Source: Marsupella aquatica (lineage: Eukaryota; Plantae; Marchantiophyta). Taken from it: a stretch of DNA of 64,000 nucleotides. The stretch spans positions 17,032,058 through 17,096,057 of the forward strand of contig OZ316897.1 in NCBI GenBank assembly GCA_973895155.1, in the 5' to 3' direction. The position numbers and the translations under genes are program-made. The notes under the pieces were generated by a model. The model made no database searches. It worked only from the letters and a program-made list of their open reading frames with translations, and had not been told where the DNA came from. Position 1 is the stretch's first letter; the number at the start of each line of letters is the position of its first letter. Of this stretch, positions 27,904 to 41,463 are shown in pieces.

Positions 27904-30900
27904 ATGACAATGTCGCAAGAAGAGCTGGTGGATGACATCTTTTCGCGCCATCCTTTGACGGACTTCCACAACTCATCCTGGACGATTTCCTTAGGGACGG
28001 AAACATGGAAGAAGCCCTTCCTAATGCTGTGTGTATTTGAGGGGCTTCCATCGGGGGCATTAGGGTGGGTAAATTACGGCCGCATCGATGTATTTCGACG
28101 GGGCGACGAAGTTGTGAACATGTTGATCACAACGAAGGAAACATCAACTTTGATTGTCGTGGATGTGGAGAGGTTTTCTGGAACGGCTGCCACCTCCTAT
28201 CTCGATGAGGATATCGATAGCATCATTGAGACTGTCAAGTCTCTTTCGAGTGAGGAACGTTACCACAACGTCGCGGGAAAGATTTCCGGTTTTGTGTTCG
28301 AATTTCACGCTAGCACTTTAAAGAGTGCAATCCGAAAATCAAGAGAGATTCTTCGGAAAAGGTCGGCAGAGAAGGGGGTAAGTCGTCCACCCAAATCTGG
28401 GGCTTCCGGTGTTCCTTCTGGATCCAGGCCTAGCATTTTACCCGATGATATTTTGAACGTGGTAGCGCCTACAACCTCCCGGGAAGCAGCAGCATCTGGA
28501 GGGGGATCTCAAGTTGGCAGATCATCCCAGGGAACGGCTTTGACTGGTGGGTCGGCACAAGGTACGACTGGAACTCGCATTTCTTCAAAGAAGCGACCTG
28601 CTATGACTCCTGAGCCTACCGAGCCTAGTGCTCCAAAGTTAAAAAAAAAGACTTTGGAGAAAATTCCAACGCATTTGGAGCAAAAGGCTCAATCAATGTC
28701 AATGGATGCACGGGTATTGTACCAGGAGGAGATTCTGGGAAGATGTGGTGTTCAAGAGGAGACCGTGACCGTTGACATTGGTCAACTTTACCCTCCAGTG
28801 AGAGAGAAGGCTGTGGGCTTGCCCATTTACCAGGTCCGACACATCCAACCATATTTCTTGACCCAATTGACCTTGCGTATGAAGACTGTAGGTGCCAGTC
28901 CACTTGCAGCTCCGTTTGTCCTCTTGGTGGATCCAAAGGAGTGTGCTACTAGGCAAGACTTTGATTTTTCAAGGAAAGCTGATTACCATTATTATGTGAT
29001 TGGGGGCAACCATTCAGCCTGTGCCAAAGCAGACCTTGCTCTTTAGTTCCCTAACAACAAGGCATTTCGGAGAGTGCAATCTTGGATATTTGCGAGATTG
29101 AGTGTGCAAGAGGCAAGAAACCTGGCGTGGAGTCACAATATTGATTCTGAATTTCGACAACAGATGACGACAATCGAGAGAGTAAATTATATTCACATGA
29201 GATTTGTTGAGAATGGATTGTCGTCCAACCAGGATTTCAAGAAAGAGTGTGCTACTGAAATCAATCTCAAGGATTGGGGTGTACGAAAGGATGCTGAGGT
29301 TCTTAATGCCAATGATAACCTATTTCAGTTGGCATTCCGACAAGATCCTGTGTGGTCATTTGTGAGGCAGATTTGTGACAAGTGGGAGATGTGTGAGATC
29401 AAAGGTCAAAAAGGAGACAAGGGCAAGAAGAAAGTCTCTAAGTCTGGAGATGCCAAATTGCCTTATGAGGACATGAAATTAACAGAGTGGAGACACATGC
29501 AGGCCTTGAAAGATCCTGATATGATTTGCCCAGTGTTACAGAGAGTTCTTACTAAAGAACTCTCTTTACAGGAAATGGGTCACGAATTTACTCGACACAA
29601 ATTTCAGATGCAGGTGCAGAAGGCCTTCCTCACGTGTCTACACGAGGAGAGTTGGTCAGGTTGTAAAACCAAGTACCCTGAGCATTGCACAGACAATGTG
29701 CTTAAGAATTTTGTACCTGTTTCCAAGACATGGGTAAGATTCTGTCACCTTTCTTCGAATGATTGTTTGAATTTGTTTAATATTTGGAATCCTTGTTTCT
29801 AATTGTACAGTTCCTTTTTGTAGAAAGATACCACCTCCCGGAAAAAGAAGGGAGATGAGGAAGGCAAAGATCTCAAGTCATTCCCGGACAAATTCAATGC
29901 GCATATTGTGCAAGCCCAAAATTGGCTATCCATGAAGACTTCTAGTCGGCAAACCCAAGAGGGGGAACTTCATCCAAATTCGTTTGAGCATCCAAAGTTT
30001 GGTGATGTGCACTATGATATTTTTACTCATGATGCTCAGTGATTACATGAGGTGGTTCCGGGTTGGGCTTACACATTAGCTTTAGTGGATATTCCCTACA
30101 GGTTTGCATTGCCTGGATGTCTTCATGAGGACACTATTGGATGGGGAACTGAGGAGATCACAAAAATGGTCCAATCGTTCAAGGTGGCTACTACTGCAAA
30201 GTTGTGGCATATTATCATTCACCACAGCCTTGACCAATATGAGGCCATCAAGACCGTTTTGAAAGCGGAGTGTAATGGAGGGTTCCAGAATTGTGTGTGG
30301 TAAGAAATATTTGTTTTTGAAAAAAACAACTATTAGTTATTCATGATTTATGAACCATTTTTCTAAGTTTAAATAACTCCTTGACTTTTTGTGACTTTTC
30401 AGGGTTAAGGATAATGTGAAGAATGCTGGTGGACCAAGATTGAACAGCAACTTTGAGTGCTTTACAATTGGCTTTCACAGCCAGGATGGTAAACGGTCAT
30501 TGGAGCACTTCAATTTTGACACAAATGAATCAAGGAACAATGTGGTTGTATGCGCAGCTGTGACTAAGAAGCTGAAACACAACGGGGATAACAAGGCAGT
30601 GAATGTTTATCAGAAACCAAGTGCATTGTTAGATTGGGAAGTGAGTCATTTTAGTTAGGTTGGAGACTGGGTTTTGGATATTTGTTCAGGATCAGGATCA
30701 GGGACTGGGACAACCTCCTCCTTGGCCATGGGGAGACATTGCGTTGCCATTGAGATTGACGAGCGACAGAGCAGTGTGTTGAAAGGGAGGATTCTTAACC
30801 TTGCAGATAACATTGAAGAGGAAGACGGACAGGGGGAGACGGATGAGGAGAGTGAGGAAGACATTCCTCAGGCCGGAGAGGATAGCGTGGTTGACGATGC

Positions 30901-30976
30901 CACAATTGTTCCAGAATTGACGACAGGGACTTCCGGAACTGAGGAAGGGGAAGCGGTCCCTTTTGGATTAGACTAG
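27904..30976 (+). pseudogene. ParB/Srx-like domain fused to a beta-class N6-adenine/N4-cytosine DNA methyltransferase; exons 27904-29733, 29824-30299, 30403-30976
   Basis: ParB-like: YQVRHI...APFVLLVD...YYVIGGNHSACA...EARNLAWSHN. MTase: IFTHDAQ...LALVDIPY (motif IV), CVWVKDN...NFECFTIGF, YQKPSALLD, GDWVLDICSGSGSGTGTT (motif I), GRHCVAIEID. Two GT-AG introns restore the frame. In-frame stops at 29044, 30040 and 30656. Confidence 0.85.
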
Positions 30977-31870
30977 ATAAATAGAGGGACTCGTAGCATT
31001 TGAAACCACTTGGGCTTAAGTTGGGTTATATTTTGTAAAACTTTGAGTTTGACTTAAACTCTGATCGATGAGTTTGATTTTGATTACTTTTATAAAGTGC
31101 ATATTTCAAGGTTTATACAATTGTGAGAATATCATATAAGATATGCTTAGATTTTGGTGGTAAAATTCTCTTGAGTCTAGTTTGGAAAATACATACCATT
31201 TTTTGGTGGTTTTTTGGTACACATTTTTTAATATCATGAAGATTTTGAAAAGAGAAATAAGGCTTTGGACTCATCCCTTAAGGCTTCTTGTTTTAAGGAA
31301 AACCAAACATGTTTTGATGTGCTACGAGTTGATCAAAACCAAATTATATGGGTTTTTTTAATACAGGGTTCTACAGCAAAACTAGCTGGCTTTTTAGGAT
31401 TTTTATTAAAATTTAAAAAATCTTTTAATAAAAATTCCAGCATGTGTAGGAATATTTACGGACCCCCATTAGGAGTCTCTTGCAAAGTTTCTGCCATGAG
31501 GTTGTGCCACATCACCACAACCAGCCACAAACAGGAATGATCCTACTTTTAACAATAACAAACGTGCACATTCCTGTTTGTGGCAAAAGCAATGTAATTT
31601 TTGGGGCACCATGCTGTAAATATTAATCGTAAAAAAACAAAATACAAAGGAAGAGATGACATTTAGTAAAATAAAGTTACCATTTTGATGTTTGTCAAAG
31701 ATATATCAATGTTTTATATCAAAATGCTTGTATTTTTAAATTGTTTGCAAGTTTGAAAAAACCAATCGATAGAAATGTACATAGTTAAAACCCCTTTGGC
31801 TTCACATTGTAAAACTAAATAATAAATCTCCTTAGTACTTGATAAAATCTGCCAATGTGTGATTCATGGA

Positions 31871-31930
31871 AAAACGTCTCAATCTTAAGAACGTCTCAAT
31901 CTTAAAAACGTCTCAATCTTAAAAACGTCT
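31871..31930. repeat. 17-bp tandem repeat inside the Sola-like element
   Basis: aaaacgtctcaatctta x3.5, embedded in looser ~70-bp repeats (ttgacaaaat...cattggaaagcta) spanning ~31830-32230. Confidence 0.85.
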
Positions 31931-33169
31931 TGACAAAATCTTTCAATGTTAAGATCATTGGAAAGCTAGAGAAATTTAGATACTAATGATCTCTCTATTT
32001 CTTGACAAATAATCTCAATGTCACACATTAGAAAGCTAAAGAGATTGAAAACCTCCTGATCTCTTTAGTACCGTAACAAAATCTGAGATGAAATTTGTTA
32101 ATGTCGGAGTCAATGTTGGAAAGCTAAAAGAATTCATGAAGTCATGATCAAAATTTCTTATACTCACACTCATTGGAAAGGCAAAGAAATATAAAAACTC
32201 ATATGGAACTTGACAAAATTTGTCAATTTGAGGCTCATTTAAAACACTTTCTCGATTAAGAGATATCACAATCTCATCACCGTCATAGACTTAGCCTCTA
32301 CAAATTGATTTCTTTGATTACGTTGCCATCGCTTGTCCACAATGCTTGCTTCCCGGCTTGAATTGTTCGCATCTTTTAGATAGTCTTCAACTAAAGCTCA
32401 CTTTGAACATAGGTTGATGCCAAATGCAGCCTCTATGTCAAAGAAAAAATTGTTGGTCTTCCCCTCACACCATAGCTTTCTTAAATAAAAATAACTACAA
32501 ATCCTTTGTGTGAAGTGATCCTTTGTTCGTTTTGTGTGTTCTTCCCACCGATTTGACAAGCTTTCTTTTGCCAACAGCTGAGTGTTGTGCAGCTCCAGTA
32601 TGTCTTGTGGCGGTAATGCTCAATGTAACTCACAAACAATCAATCAAGAATGGTTGAAACATGATTTCTCCAATGTGTAAACAAAACCTGTCAAAAATCT
32701 CAAATCCTCCACATTCAACCTTCCGTTTCATAAATCTCTATCTTTTGAGCATTTGTTTTGTACGAGCACACACCAACACCATCGGGAGACTCAAAACCGT
32801 CGGTTACCGCCTTGCTTAAAATTGATTTCACTTAATCGCACACACATTCCTTGGATGAACATGGGGGTCCACGGATTAATTTTTAATTTCATATGAAAAA
32901 GGAAGAAAACCAAACCTTTTACATGACTTGAAAATTTTTAAAAGTGGAAAACCCAGGTTTTTTAAAATTTTATTATTATGTATAGCCAACTTTTTAGTCC
33001 ATATAAAAATGTACACCCCTGCCTATTATACAAGAGTTGCATACCCGGGGTTCCATTAAGTTAGGGGTAAAAATTCCTTTAAAAAAACTTTATTGACTCA
33101 AGTTTTAGGGTGTTTATTCCCCCAAAACTTCGTGCCTTATATGTGACACCGCTTGGATTGAGGCCTTCA

Positions 33170-33500
33170 ATTGCGTCTCTTTTATGGACAAAATACCCCT
33201 CACATTGGCACACAACATCATGAATTTTCCAAAGCAAGTGACTGTCCTATACCTTAGTCTGAAGTGGGCATCCATATCACTGGATTCACACAAAAATAGT
33301 CAACCCCAATTTGTTTGTGGTCAGCGGCACTATCTCGATCAATATTAATTACAAGGCTTTCCAGGCCTTGATCCTCCATGAATTAGCTTGTGCAAGCATG
33401 CCAGTCCATCAAATTGAATGGCCCATAGATTGTTGTCTTCTCCCACCATTCTTGTTCCTGATGGAGCTTTGTCAATGGATCTTCAATGTGGCACGCCATT
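33170..33500 (-). pseudogene. Harbinger transposase remnant, 5' part
   Basis: DYFCVNPV...AHFRLRYR...KIHDVVCQCEGYFVHKRDAI, the segment that precedes the fragment ending at 23030; about 50 codons are missing at the junction. Confidence 0.72.
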
Positions 33501-34317
33501 GCCCATGAGAGTCCATCGATGACAAGCGACGCCAATTCAATCAAACACACTTTGCTCGGACTGTGAATAGTTTGATAGCAAATTGCTCATGAGGAAGAGC
33601 ACACTTTTTGCAATAAGCTTTCAAATTGTTTCCTGGGCATTTTGATTCGAGGTTTCAACTGGTTCTTTATGGAATTTGCGCTCCAGTGCACTCTCAGTTT
33701 GAAAGTTTGAACAGTGTTCCAGGCAAGGTTCCAGGTTCAAACTGGAACTGTAAACTGCAGGTTGGCATTTTAGCGGGTAACCGGTGGGGTATACTACCGG
33801 CACTAGGAGCATGGCCAGTCGCGTGGGTCAAAAGGGACATTTTTTGGCAGTGCCCGTAGGCTAAAGGGCAGCTTGGGTGGACGTTTATTATAGATGGAGT
33901 GTGTGAATAGATCTGATGGTGTTAAAAAACATTATTTTGATGAAGGGTCATTATTGGTTCTTGCTTTTCCTTCTTGCTTGGTAATCAGTCCACACCAAAC
34001 ACAATTCATTTTTGTCTTATTCTTTCCACTTTTTAAGGTTTTCTTTTTTTTTTCACTCAAAACAGCACTTCAAACTTGAGTGACAACCTCTGCATTTCTG
34101 GGGCAACCTTGTATTATAACTTTTGATAACCTTACATAACCATGTGAAAAAATCTATGGCCATTTGTTTACTAAAAGCTTTTGAAGCTTTGAGACTCCCA
34201 CCTGGGCCCATCTAGGTAAGCTACTACAGCATGATATAAAATCCTTATAAATTTATGGAAAACCCGGGTGAGATCGTTGTGGCCCCCAAACTTGCAATCT
34301 GCAAGAGAAACTCCTGA

Positions 34318-34720
34318 GGGGGGCTTTACAAGACGGTGGGGGCCATTCAGTGTCTCTCCATCCAAAGCAAAGCTGATGGCCATTTCCTTACACAAAAGTT
34401 TAAATGTCTGAGCCAAAATGTGTCAGGTTTGGAAATAATCAATGCAATTCTCTGAAAATAAGCTGCCATTTACTCTATCCAGGTTTTTAGACCACCTCAA
34501 GAGGAGGTCTAAGTTTTTGACAAAAAAACTTGCACACATCATCAAAAAAGGACCCAAGGGGGCAGTGACAAGATGACTTGGGTAATGTTTTTGGTTTATT
34601 GTGCCCCCAAGTTCATGTAAAGTGAAGTGTGGCCAGTTCCCACATATGAATGGCTGGGATTACATCTCTCACTTGAAAAAAAAGAAAGGAATTGCTGTCC
34701 CCAAGTTCTTGTAAAGCCCC
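34318..34720 (+). mobile_element. Tourist-like MITE (~403 bp)
   Basis: ggggggctttacaaga ... tcttgtaaagcccc; 3-bp TSD TGA. Confidence 0.88.
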
Positions 34721-35676
34721 TGAAACGACCAGAGTATGACACTATATGAGTCTTGTGTTTGCTCCGGGCAGAATGATTCCGACATCTAAAGTCAATGGCC
34801 AAAGCTCTGGAACTTGACAATCATGCAAGCAAGCCGAACAGTCTTATCCTTTTGCTGCAAATCGCAAGAGCAAGTTTGGACGACATTGCTGTGGTTCGCA
34901 CAGATTGCACAGTGCCAGGGAAAACTTGGCCACGAAGTCATATGAAGTCTAGGACCATTCCACCGGTTAGTAGCCCCACGACCTCGACATGCGTACATCT
35001 TGGTAGACTCGGGTGCTTTCCTCAGCTTCACCAGATTCAGATATGACGTCGTTTCTTGACAAGAGTTTGACCTCACCGACCAGTCACCGATTTTCAAACG
35101 AGAAGCAATACACTGAAGGTACTTTAGGGTGAGTCGACCAAACATTTCTTACAGATGATTGTATTAAGAAGCGTCGTTGACGTTGGATCGGCTGATCAGC
35201 AGCAGAGGATGAGTTGATAATAATAAGTGAAGCCTGGACCATGTGATCTACATACCATGGGATTTACATAGTCCATTGCGAGCTGGTACGAAACTGTGAT
35301 TTGAATTATCTACTCCTACGAAATAAAATTGCAGGAATCCGTATATGGGTTGTTCCCTTTGAAGGACAAGTACGCTGCACTAGCATGGTACGTGGAGATG
35401 TGATTATTACAGTGATGCATGAAGCTTGCGCGGGTGTGTGGGCAAGTAGTGCAAGAGGCCACTTGGGTTGGGAAGTGTAGCGCAAACCCATCTGTATGGG
35501 AAATTGGGCATCACTTAATCAGAATAAGACTAGAAAATTCCAGATGTCCGCTCAGACTGCAATGTAAGAACACGAGTTTTACATTCCTTGCTTGTAAGCT
35601 TTAGTGCAAATTTTCCCCGCACGTACATTTGTTTCCCAGATATCTGAGCCATTTTCATAGAAGAGCCTAAGAAAAA

Positions 35677-35726
35677 CAATTTGTTTGGTGACCATCGCAG
35701 CAATTTGTTTGGTGACCATCGCAGCA
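35677..35726. repeat. 24-bp tandem duplication
   Basis: caatttgtttggtgaccatcgcag x2. Confidence 0.9.
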
Positions 35727-38700
35727 AACAACAGATGGGCGTGACGGGACTTGGCTTGTAGTAGGTGATTGTCGTAGGTAGGGTTTTTAAGTGGCTGTCG
35801 TTAGACTGCCCTTGGGTAGCTCACTCAAGTAGTGACGAAAACAGCTTTCGACTCCTGTAGTCAATCCCTTTTATTTGTTATCTGAAACCTTTGCTTTAAA
35901 GCACCTTTGGAGCGTGAAAACTGGAGTGGCTGCCGTCGGGCGAGCTTTCGCAAAAAGTTATGTACTATTGATTTTGGTAATTGGTCTGGTTGTGAGACCG
36001 CATTCGGGACCCTCGTACTTTCAGTACTCAGCAAAATCTAGCTTCAGTTTGATTCCCTAAGGAAATATATCTTCAACCCAAAGTTGACCGGTTGTCAACA
36101 CGATGGATGTGACACAGTGATTAGATACGATTCTTGACATCTCAAAAAGACACTGAAACGGTCCCAGCAACAGTCGCAGTATCATTATGGCAATACCTCA
36201 TATTTGACGATTTGTTGACGTGAAAGTCGTGAAAGTGCTCGACATCCGAATATGTTAACTTCGAGTACAAGTCACCCCGAACTATGCTAGGATAAAAGAA
36301 GAAGACATGAACAGTACTCGAATATACAGAGCGTTCAGTTTTAGGCCTGATGTTTTCAAGGCCCTTTTATGTGTTTCCTTGTCGCTTATCTTGTAAACCA
36401 TGTCATTGGGTGGGCCATTTCTTGAAATGCCTAGTACCATTTGTTTTTGGATTCTACAAAGTCTACGAGATATAGTGTTGGATGATTACTTTTCAGCAAA
36501 ATGATGAAAATGCAAGCATCGGATGATGACATTCGTCTTCAGTTGGAATTTCCTAAGTATTCGAGTTCTAGAACGGATGGTGTGAAAGATGCTCTTTATT
36601 CGCCAGAAGGATGCAAATCGCACCAAACATATAGGGTTAGGCAGATCAAAAGGTTCAACCAAAGCAATGAAAGGAAAAGGAAAACTCAGCGCTCAAAAGT
36701 AGTTCAGGTTATTTGATCAAGTTGACTCGATATATCGATCCTTCTTGGACTTTGGGCATGATTTGGCTGTTTCTATAAGTTTTTCTGGTCTCTCGTGTAG
36801 GTATATTTGGGCTGATCCCGGCTGTCCCGTCGTCGATAGGCCCTTGATCTCCTTGTGCTGTGTGGCCTGGCCTTCTCATGATCGATTTGCAATTTACAAT
36901 TGGATTTCAAAAGAGAAGAAAAGCAAATAACGTGTTCCTGTTAATTATTCTAAAATACCTTATTTGTATATCTGGGCATATCTGCCAGGAAATTGTGGTT
37001 TTGTGGGATGGCCGCCACTATAAGCTCACAAGACTTGGACTTCTCGTTCTTTCCCATTCCTCTCATACCTTTTCCCATGCCCCTCATACCTGTCCTCTGC
37101 TGTGTCACTTTGCTCCATTTGGTTCAAGGTCATGAAAGTTAAAATTTCTAGGACCTTAAATAGAAGCAAACAAGTCTTCTCTGAGTTGGACAAAACCCAT
37201 GGGGATTTTTCTGCGACGGTGACCCAGCAGGTGGTAGCTGGTAAGGGCATTGATAACTGTTTCTTAATTCCACTTGGAACAAAATCATAGCAAAAGATTG
37301 GGAGCCAGAAGGCAGGTGGTATTTCACTTACTGACAGCCGAATGTCGTCTTGAAGCCATGTTCGAAAACGAGTGTGACTATATTAGACCGTAGACTAGGC
37401 AAGTCTGCTTTACACGTCATCATCTACAGTAATTGAATGCCTCCAGTATAATAGTATATAGTATCCTCTGGTCAACGGGCTACTCAATTATACGTCAGCA
37501 AAAGAGGAACTCTTCACGTCAGCACCTAAACGTGGTCACCTGTCATTCATAGATTCGCATGACCTTCTCGATGGTTTCCAGGCGAAATGTGGCATGAGTA
37601 CTGCCAACCAAACTGGGTAACTGGCTGTAAAAAGATGTGGCGTGGCGGTCAGTGAGGGACTCCAGGCCGCACAGGTTGAGCAGCTTCCTTCTGAAGGCTA
37701 CGCTAGGCCAACTAGACGTTACCTAGAGTCCCCGAGCTGAGGGCAATTGTTGGATTGGAGAACGGAGGCGGCTAGATGGTGGGCCTGTGGCCCCACTAAT
37801 ATTGGTGACTCTAGCCAATGAGAAAGACTCTGGAGTTTGTTTCCGATTGTAATATTCTAGATAGAGAAGACCCGCACTCGTCACGCTTTGACAAAAGAAG
37901 TACAGTTGTAATCTAGATTTACTGCCTTGACTCCGATGAATACTTAATTATAATTGCTCTCCAAACTCGGAAATGTGATCATGCAATGATCAACTTCGGA
38001 GAGAAGATTTGGCTCAGACGACCAAAATATTTCATTCCCACTTTTCCCTCGTGGGTCCGTGCTGGGTGATTAATTTTGTTGCTTTCCTGGCTTCTCGGGA
38101 ATGCAGTGGTAGCGCGGCGAGGGTTGACCTTTTGGAGGATTAAAGTTTATACGTAGTCTTTACTTTTATACAGTCTGTACTCTGCAGCATGTGTCTGCCA
38201 CCTACTACCGGCAGTCTAGTACAGTCATCTTTTCGATGTTTTTGTTCTCGTTTTACTTGTGTCTCCCACTCAATCTCCGCGATGCTTCATGTCTCCGCTT
38301 TGTCTGCGCATGCCAATAGTTTGCCATTGTTTCCGGATATAGATTAGAAAGCTATGGTGATCGCCGATCAAACCCAGGTGGGAATCTCGAAGTACGTGCA
38401 ATTCGCATCTGACCGGGCCGCGCGGGCTCCCGTTTGAACCGAACTTACTTCTATCCTATTTGAAAAGACATCACCTGATTATTTAGGGTAGCACTGGCTA
38501 TGGACGATGATGTGCTGCACGTCCGTGTAGATTATTAGTGTGATAATTGGAAGCCAGTATTCATGCCAAATTTCAAATTGCTGTTGTTTTGACAAGAGCC
38601 ATCTTCAAAATGATCGTATGATTCCAGTTCTCGATAGTATATCGCTACAACAAGTTATACTCTGGCGGGCAGTGTGCACATGGGCACGTAGAGCCAAGAT

Positions 38701-41463
38701 TATCCCTCGAAGATGTTGGAGGAAGTCCTGGTGAGTTGTACGGGAGTCTTTAGCGAGCTACATTGCAAATACATGCGCAACCAAATCACCCTTGAACTCT
38801 CATTGTCTTCGAAGAATTAACTTTAGTTCACCTTTGCACATGAGTACTGTACGTCATTTCGATATGTTTGATGAGAAATAATCACGATTTTACCATTCCG
38901 TGGCCTTTCATTTTTGTATGATCAGAGATCACCGCATCACGTCGTGCACCGAATCCTGGCATCTTACAACCACAGCATATCTGAAGCAAAGCAAAGAGGA
39001 GATTCTTACCGTGTGCGGAAATTAAAAAATTGGGTCTGCAGCGTCAATTCATTCCCCAGCGACAGTTTGTCTCATAGAAGTGACGTAGGAGTAAACAATC
39101 CAGCCTATACGTCATACGTAAGTACTTCGAATTTCGTTAAGTTACAGGGAAGTCATTGACAAGCTTGCAGATGAGCGACTGGGTCTTGCAGAATTCGTCT
39201 TTAGCAGATTTGAGTGCGTCTTTTCGATACGTTTGAGGACGCCTGCATTCTTTGACAAAATCCAAAACGAAAACTTCTTCCTCTCTTCTCGACATCGCCA
39301 TTAATCGCAAATATTTGCCCAGTCAAATAGGATAGGCTACTACTGTAGTCTAGACGTAAGTTCTGTTTTTGTTTTTGAAACACAGACAACTTGCGGTCCC
39401 TGTCAAACACGCCACTTGAAGAGGTTTAGACGGGACGTTTTTTAGGACTGAAGGATCTAAAATCGTAGTAACTAATTGTGCCAGATGAAAGGTTACTCGT
39501 AAATTGAGCAAACTAGTTCCCTGTCCGTTTGAAACACGCAACGAGAGGATAACACAGGATCGTCATACATGAGAAGCCCAGAGACTTTTGCCGTGGTCCA
39601 GTGTCACAGAATACTGGTCACCTGCATTGGGCCCAACGCAGTTCAACTAAAGGAGGTCAAAAAGCATGCACCCAAACCACAAACCCCAGAAACAGACTTG
39701 TGGACAGAGAGAACCCAGAAAAGACCATCGCTCAGACAAAGTCCTCGCGCAGCAAGGTTTACGGAGTGCACCTTGACAGAGAAATCAGCCAGGACACATT
39801 AACAAGCAGAAAGAAATACCAACAAAGGATATACTAACAAGCAAACCGCGATGTATGTGTCACTGGTCTCCGTTGGACTAGTCTGATATCGCGTTATCCC
39901 GCACGTGTTCTAGCACTGTACAAAATATTAATTCACATAGAAAAAGGAAAACGTAACGCAAACTTTTATCAGATGAATGATACTCTTGTGGAGCAGCTCT
40001 TGATGACACAATGTTTTTGCTCGAAAATATGTTATCTACATACATCTTAACTTCTCAACACTCGAATACGAATAGTTTTCTATTACAATGCATGCATGTT
40101 GATAACTTACCCCTGAACATGACATGCACTTCGATGCGCAGTACTGATGTGTAGGAATAGCTTTGATTGGAATTGGTGAGTCAGGGCCCCGGGGGGGGGG
40201 GGGGAGCAGGTCGATGACTTTATCCTTATTTTTGTGTATCTGATCATAATAAAAAAAGGTATTTACGGAATGCAACAACGAAATACCCGGCTTTATAGTC
40301 TTTATCAGGAAGTATCTGGTAGGAAGACTGGGCCGTGATTTTCAATTTCTGAACGCCCACTTTCAATGCACTTCGTCACAAGTTTACAAAATTCAACTTG
40401 CCCTTTCAGCTTTCTTACGACCCTCCCCTCGTCCGCCCGCCTTTTATGCGGGCGGTTGAAAATTTATTGCTCCAACAACGTTCTCCCTGACATGTTCGAT
40501 GGGAACGAGCGCAAAAACAATTTCCAATTATCCCTCAATTTTTTGTCAATTTGGAAATCCTCCAGGTCACTCTATCTGAAAGAATTAGCAGCAACGAAAG
40601 CTTCATCGTTGTGGCCGAACCGTGAGTATCATGGTCACGTACGAAGTCCATTCGGGGCGAACACCTGGGCAACTCATAGGAATTTTAGTTGTAATTGCCA
40701 AGAGAACAGTACCCGCGAAGAATTTAACAAACGAATAAGGGATATTAGACTTCAACTAATATTTTAAAAGGCATCAATCGATCTGACAGACATCAACGGA
40801 GTCATTCAAACCTCTTACAACTACCTTTGTGTTATATCTCCTCCCCTGTGTGTAGATATTTTGCGAAAACTGTGCAAATACCTTGCACGAATAGAGTGAC
40901 GAGTCAAGAGGATTTTTCTGTTACAGCACGAAGGGAGAGGAGACGATTCAAGAGTTGAAGATTGATCAAATGTATTCTAGGTTGGAAAAAATGTACAGGT
41001 TAACTGCATGTTTTAGTGTGGTGCCACAAAAAAACACTAGAGAAAACGCTGAAACTTTTTGAATGAGACCTGACAGATGTACTGGACACTTGAAGTTACG
41101 TATGCATCCTTAAATTACCAACGAAGTATAGTCACTGGAACATCATTTTATTTACACCAGCTTGTGATTTTAGATTCCAATTTGCTTCAAGGCTGCACTG
41201 TAATCTGTGATGTTTGGACTTAAGTCTCATTCGTCTCCTCTATCTGATGTTTTTGCTGTGTTCCCTCGTGCTCTCATGTTAAAGATGTTTGAATGTTTAC
41301 ATCTTCAAGCCATTGACAGATCCGACCTATCTGTTGCTACAGACTGAAAAAATAAATAACGTCTTGGAACCCCGCTGTTGTGCCAAATACCCGCTACTGA
41401 AACATGTGACATTGTCGATCAAGTGAATGGTAAGTCCAGCCCACCGATTCACCAAATCTCTCT

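Larger units (their letters stand above)
23031..33049. mobile_element. Sola1-like DNA transposon (~10 kb) carrying a ParB-like/amino-methyltransferase gene
   Basis: TIR cccgggtatgtaactc (23031-23046) / gagttgcatacccggg (33034-33049), 15/16 match. Interrupts a Harbinger transposase. Contains two divergent spliced genes. Confidence 0.82.

Noticed and set aside
36080-36225. Cluster of TTGAC (W-box core) motifs
   Set aside because: Short motif, no adjacent gene identified, not distinguishable from chance.
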